Shown piece after piece: positions 59,591 through 64,000 of a DNA stretch of 64,000 nucleotides. Position 1 is the first letter of the stretch. Each line of letters starts with the position of its first letter. Position numbers and translations under genes: made by a program. The stretch is from Clostridia bacterium (GTDB lineage: Bacteria; Bacillota; Clostridia; Oscillospirales; CAG-272): positions 8,732-72,731 of the forward strand of contig JAFQPR010000103.1 in assembly GCA_017411605.1 (NCBI GenBank), written 5' to 3'. The notes under the pieces were generated by a model that did no database searches, was not told the DNA's origin, and saw only the letters and a program-made list of their open reading frames with translations.

Positions 59591-60967
59591 ATGCGAATAA
59601 AGCTTGATATACCTATCTCAGTCTATGAAATAGCTGCTTATTTACCTTCAATAAAAATCAGCGCAATGAAAGCAGGCCTAATAGATCATATTTCTACAGA
59701 TACAAGAGAGCTCGAAAAAGGTGACCTGTTCTTTGCTTTACCGGGAGATAATTTCAACGGCGAGGACTTTATTGCTGAAGCAAAAAGAAAAGGAGCTCAT
59801 ACAGTTGGCACCCGTTTAAAAAACGCAGATTATTGCGTTAAGAACACCTTATCCGCACTGAGCTCATTGGCAAATCACTATAAAAACAAGTTGCAAATCA
59901 GAACAACGGTTGCAATTACCGGTAGCGTTGGAAAAACTACAACAAAAGATATGACACTAGGCTTGCTTTCAAAAAAATACAGGGCTCACGGCACGTACAA
60001 AAATTACAATAACGAGATTGGCGTTCCGCTTACTCTTTTATCCGCAAAAAAGGATACCGAAATACTTGTTATCGAAGCCGGAATGAATCATATGGGAGAG
60101 CTTGAAAAGCTTTCGAGGTGTATCGTGCCGGATATATCGGTAATTACAAAAATAGGATCATCACACATAGGTAATCTCGGAAGCAGAGAGAATATTGCAA
60201 AAGCAAAAGCTGAGATTTTTCTAGGCATGGAAAAGCCCTATGCTTTAATTCCCTACGGCGAAAAGCTCCTGGATAAATACTCTTTTGCAAAAACTGTATC
60301 TGCAGACGGTTCCGATGCTGACTTTTCCCTCTCCGTTAAAAGCACCCACCCCGGTAAAACCGTATTCGATTATAATTCCAAATATAATTCTCTGCGTTCA
60401 GCAGAGATCAAAGCATCTTCCGCGCATATTCCGGAATGCCTTGCATTCGCCATCTCGGTCGCATCAATGCTGAATATGACGAACGATGAATTGTATTCTT
60501 CCGTTTCTACACTTGAACTTACGGAAAAATCAAAAGTATTCAAAATCGGCAGCTTAACTATATTGGACGATTCCTATAATTCTTCCTATGAATCGGTAAA
60601 AATGGCACTGAAAACTCTCAATTTACACAAAGAAAAACGTAAAAGCGCTGTTATCGGAGATATTCTTGAGCTTGGAAATGAAACAGAGAGAATACACTTC
60701 GAATTGGGCAAACTGGCTGCAGGAGCAGGACTGTCAAAGCTTTACGTTTTCGGAAAAAACGCAGAAATTGTAAAAGCAGGTGCCGTAAAAAACGGTATGA
60801 CTCAAGATGCGGTTTTTGTTAACGTAGACACCGACTATCCCGAAACGACCGCAAATCAGATAATCAATAATTCTTCTAATGAAACGATTCTTTTTAAAGC
60901 ATCACACAATCTGAAGCTCGAACGAATTATCGATATCCTAAAAGTTAAATTAAGCGAGGCAAATTGA
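59591..60967 (+). CDS. murF: UDP-MurNAc-tripeptide--D-Ala-D-Ala ligase
   Basis: ITGSVGKTTTK, NNEIGVP, DDSYN and GDILELG motifs. Confidence 0.92.
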   Translation: MRIKLDIPISVYEIAAYLPSIKISAMKAGLIDHISTDTRELEKGDLFFALPGDNFNGEDFIAEAKRKGAHTVGTRLKNADYCVKNTLSALSSLANHYKNKLQIRTTVAITGSVGKTTTKDMTLGLLSKKYRAHGTYKNYNNEIGVPLTLLSAKKDTEILVIEAGMNHMGELEKLSRCIVPDISVITKIGSSHIGNLGSRENIAKAKAEIFLGMEKPYALIPYGEKLLDKYSFAKTVSADGSDADFSLSVKSTHPGKTVFDYNSKYNSLRSAEIKASSAHIPECLAFAISVASMLNMTNDELYSSVSTLELTEKSKVFKIGSLTILDDSYNSSYESVKMALKTLNLHKEKRKSAVIGDILELGNETERIHFELGKLAAGAGLSKLYVFGKNAEIVKAGAVKNGMTQDAVFVNVDTDYPETTANQIINNSSNETILFKASHNLKLERIIDILKVKLSEAN

Positions 60968-61951
60968 ATGGCTGATGAAAACATAGTATTTTATTTATTA
61001 ATTTTTGTTCTTGCCTTTTTTGTTACGGCTGTAAGTGTCAGAAGTCTTATTCCTAAACTGAGAAAGAGCGCAGAGCAACCGATATACGAAGAAGGGCCGA
61101 TCTGGCATCTTAAGAAACAAGGCACTCCCACAATGGGCGGAATTGGATTTGTCATAGCTTTAACTGTTTCATTTTTGATTTCAGCGCTATATCTTTTCGC
61201 AAAACAAGAATACTATTTTGCTACTTCTCTGCTCCTCACCTTGCTCTTTGCGCTCTCAAACGCTTTGATAGGAATTATTGATGACTACGCAAAAATAAGA
61301 AAAAAAGAAAACGCAGGTCTTACACCTATTCAAAAGCTCTTGCTCCAAGCAATAGTTGCAACTATTTTTCTAATAGCAAGAAGGTTGATACTTTTAACAT
61401 CAACAACAATAATTTTCAGTTTCGGTACAATTGAGCTCGGTATTTTCTATTACCCTATCGCATTAATAATGCTTCTCGGAACAGTTAACTCAGCAAATTT
61501 GACCGATGGAGTTGACGGAATCGCCTCGGGCGTTGCTTTTGCGATTGGTATATCTCTTGCTTTCTTATCCTCGGGTGCGAATTACGAGGTCGAATTTATA
61601 GCATTCACCGTTATGGGTATCGCTGTTGCATTTCTGATATTTAACCTTCATCCCGCAAAAATATTTATGGGTGATACGGGATCTCTGCTTTTCGGATCTC
61701 TTGTAGCTGCGGCTTGTACCTCACTTGGCAATCCTCTCATTATTCTATTCGTTGGCGGAGTCTATCTTGTCGAAAGTCTTTCGGTTATTCTTCAAGTTGT
61801 ATTTTTTAAATTTACCAAAAAAAGGCTTTTTAAAATGGCGCCGTTTCACCACCATCTTGAGAAATGCGGATGGGCAGAAAACAAAATTGTTATTTGGGCA
61901 ATAATTATGACACTCGTCTTCTCCCTTCCTGCTATCTTCTTATTTGTATAA
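60968..61951 (+). CDS. mraY: Phospho-MurNAc-pentapeptide transferase
   Basis: GTPTMGG, NLTDGVDG, FMGDTGS and MAPFHHH motifs. Confidence 0.96.
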   Translation: MADENIVFYLLIFVLAFFVTAVSVRSLIPKLRKSAEQPIYEEGPIWHLKKQGTPTMGGIGFVIALTVSFLISALYLFAKQEYYFATSLLLTLLFALSNALIGIIDDYAKIRKKENAGLTPIQKLLLQAIVATIFLIARRLILLTSTTIIFSFGTIELGIFYYPIALIMLLGTVNSANLTDGVDGIASGVAFAIGISLAFLSSGANYEVEFIAFTVMGIAVAFLIFNLHPAKIFMGDTGSLLFGSLVAAACTSLGNPLIILFVGGVYLVESLSVILQVVFFKFTKKRLFKMAPFHHHLEKCGWAENKIVIWAIIMTLVFSLPAIFLFV

Positions 61952-63118
61952 ATGAAAAAAACTTTTTTACATCATTCATCTGATAAAGAGATATTTTTAA
62001 AGGGAAAAATACCTTTATTCGATATCCCGTTTCTTATACTATCGTTACTTCTTTCCGTTTTTGGAAGCCTCATGGTTTTTTCTGCGGGAAGCGCATACGC
62101 AGAGTTCCGATACGACGACCCGTTCTTTTTTACAAAAAGACAGATTTTGTGGCTGATCTTAGGAATAGCCATAATGCTCGTTGCGTCAAGGATCAAGCCC
62201 GAGTTTTATTTTAAAATCACACCGTTTCTGTACGGCATAACTCTCATACTTTTACTTTTGGTGCTCGCCGTAGGATTCGTCGGTAACGGAGCTCAGCGTT
62301 GGATAAGCATCGGACCTTTGACGATACAGCCCTCGGAGATAGCAAAAATGACTATAGTAATGATGCTTGCGTATTATTTCTCTAAATGGGGCAAAAAAGC
62401 GCTAGATATCAAAATTAAAAAGAACGCATTCATCTACGGAACATTCATACCTTGCATTATAATGGGTATTCCGATAGTTCTTGTTATGCTCCAAAAGCAT
62501 CTGTCCTGCATAATTATTCTCGGCTTGATAGGACTTATAGTTATTACCGTATCGGGAATCGACACAAAATACATAGCGGGCTTTACCGCGCTCGGCGGCG
62601 TCGGTGTCACTTGTCTTGCATTGTTTACCGACTATACCAAGGACAGAATAACCGTCTGGCAAGCTCCCGAAAAATATAAGCTGACAGGAGGTTGGCAAAC
62701 GCTTCAAGGTCTTATGGCGATAGGCTCGGGCGGTCTTTTCGGACGTGGATTCGGCAAATCGATTTTGAAATACTGCTATGTTTCTGAGCCTGCAAACGAT
62801 ATGATTTTCGCAATTCTCTGCGAAGAGCTTGGTTTTTTGGGAGCGCTGTTTATCATTCTTTTGTTTGCGCTTTTGGTTGTTCGCGGATATAAAATATCCG
62901 TTCTTGCTGAAAACGTTTTTGAAAGACTCGTGATTTTCGGAGTATGCACGAAAATTGCGCTTCAGGTACTTCTAAATATAGCCGTTGTTACAAACACGAT
63001 CCCGAATACCGGAATTTCACTTCCGTTTTTCAGCTATGGCGGTTCATCGCTGATAATGATATTTTTTGAAATCGGTATGATACTATCGTTTTCACGCAAT
63101 GCTAAAATCACAAAATAA
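61952..63118 (+). CDS. ftsW: SEDS glycosyltransferase FtsW/SpoVE
   Basis: GAQRWI, QPSEIAK, IGSGG and LPFFSYGGSS motifs. Confidence 0.9.
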   Translation: MKKTFLHHSSDKEIFLKGKIPLFDIPFLILSLLLSVFGSLMVFSAGSAYAEFRYDDPFFFTKRQILWLILGIAIMLVASRIKPEFYFKITPFLYGITLILLLLVLAVGFVGNGAQRWISIGPLTIQPSEIAKMTIVMMLAYYFSKWGKKALDIKIKKNAFIYGTFIPCIIMGIPIVLVMLQKHLSCIIILGLIGLIVITVSGIDTKYIAGFTALGGVGVTCLALFTDYTKDRITVWQAPEKYKLTGGWQTLQGLMAIGSGGLFGRGFGKSILKYCYVSEPANDMIFAILCEELGFLGALFIILLFALLVVRGYKISVLAENVFERLVIFGVCTKIALQVLLNIAVVTNTIPNTGISLPFFSYGGSSLIMIFFEIGMILSFSRNAKITK

Positions 63119-63134
63119 TTATAGGAGCGCCTAT

Positions 63135-64000
63135 ATGAATATAGTATTTTGCGGCGGGGGTACTGTGGGACACATATCACCCGCGATAGCAATAGCCAAG
63201 GAATTTGAAAAACGAAATCCAGATTGCAAAATAGCTTTTATCGGAAGAGCTTCGGGCGCAGAAAACGAAATAATAAAAAAGAACGGCTACAAGCTTTATG
63301 AAATACAGGTTTCCGGTCTTATAAGAAAATTGACTCTTAAGAACTTAGGAGTCATTAAAAAACTGTTCACGGCGGAAAAGGAATCAAAGAAAATTTTAGA
63401 GGACTTTTCGGCAGATGCCGTCATTGGTACCGGAGGATACGTTTGCTTTCCCGTAGTGCGCGCGGCAAAAAAGCTTGGAATTTTTACCGCGATACATGAA
63501 TCAAACGCTTCACCGGGGCTATCCGCAAAGCTTCTCTCAAAAAAATGCGATATAGTTTTTTACGGTACAAAAACGGATAACAACGATAAAAACTCGATTT
63601 ACAGCGGAAATCCCGTAAGGGAAGATTTTTACAAAATACAAAAAAGTGACGCAAGAAAAAAACTCGGTATTCCTTCGGATAAGCTTTTCGTTCTTTCGGT
63701 TGGCGGAAGCATTGGAGCATGGGCGCTGAATGATGCATCTCTTGAAATGATGAAAGATTTTTCTTCAAAAAGAAACGATATTTTACATTGTCATTCGACG
63801 GGAAAGCGTTATTTTGAAAGCGTAAAAGAAACCCATCCTGAGCTTTTCCCCGCTAAGAACGGCTGTTCCGTAGTTCCTTTTATAGACGAAATGCCTCTAT
63901 ACCTTGCGGCTGCGGATATAGTAATAAGCAGATGCGGAGCTATGACTCTTTCTGAAATTTGCGCCTCCGGCTCCGCATCAATTCTTATTCCTTCTCCAAA
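63135..64000 (+). CDS. murG: MurG glycosyltransferase (runs off the right edge)
   Basis: Manual translation MNIVFCGGGTVGHISPA...GTGGYV...HESN...GNPVR...GGSIGA. Confidence 0.93.
   Translation, partial: MNIVFCGGGTVGHISPAIAIAKEFEKRNPDCKIAFIGRASGAENEIIKKNGYKLYEIQVSGLIRKLTLKNLGVIKKLFTAEKESKKILEDFSADAVIGTGGYVCFPVVRAAKKLGIFTAIHESNASPGLSAKLLSKKCDIVFYGTKTDNNDKNSIYSGNPVREDFYKIQKSDARKKLGIPSDKLFVLSVGGSIGAWALNDASLEMMKDFSSKRNDILHCHSTGKRYFESVKETHPELFPAKNGCSVVPFIDEMPLYLAAADIVISRCGAMTLSEICASGSASILIPSP

Overview
Core chromosomal segment of a low-GC, endospore-forming Firmicute (Clostridia-like gene order). No phage, CRISPR, rRNA, tRNA or intact transposase was seen. In order it holds: the glycogen operon glgB-C-D-A-P; yabM/spoVB, hup, yabO, yabP, yabQ; cdaA, a flavoprotein and recJ-relA-dtd-hemZ; a Crp regulator with an ABC importer; an orphan histidine kinase coupled to dinB; gltX; rpiR-HI0933-(cmk::plsC)-(ispH::rpsA)-mgsA; MarR with an ABC exporter; mutT; ygjP; a class A PBP; truA/ECF; ruvC and ruvAB; rpe; ispDF; and the start of the dcw cluster (mraZ to murG). 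The most interesting signals are non-coding or sub-genic. (1) A recurring 'promoter-inside-terminator' gate precedes three sporulation-type genes (spoVD, class A PBP, yabP); the spoVD gate appears to put murE-murF-mraY-ftsW/spoVE-murG under sigmaE-type control. (2) A sigmaA promoter hidden inside ispH would give stand-alone S1 from the ispH::rpsA fusion. (3) There is a candidate structured small RNA or 30-aa ORF between rpe and ispF. (4) A 44-bp IS3-type scar with a 3-bp target duplication sits in a terminator loop. (5) CdaA carries a CdaR-like TM stub. (6) A non-FtsL protein occupies the ftsL slot. All promoter and structure calls are by-eye motif matches and need testing.
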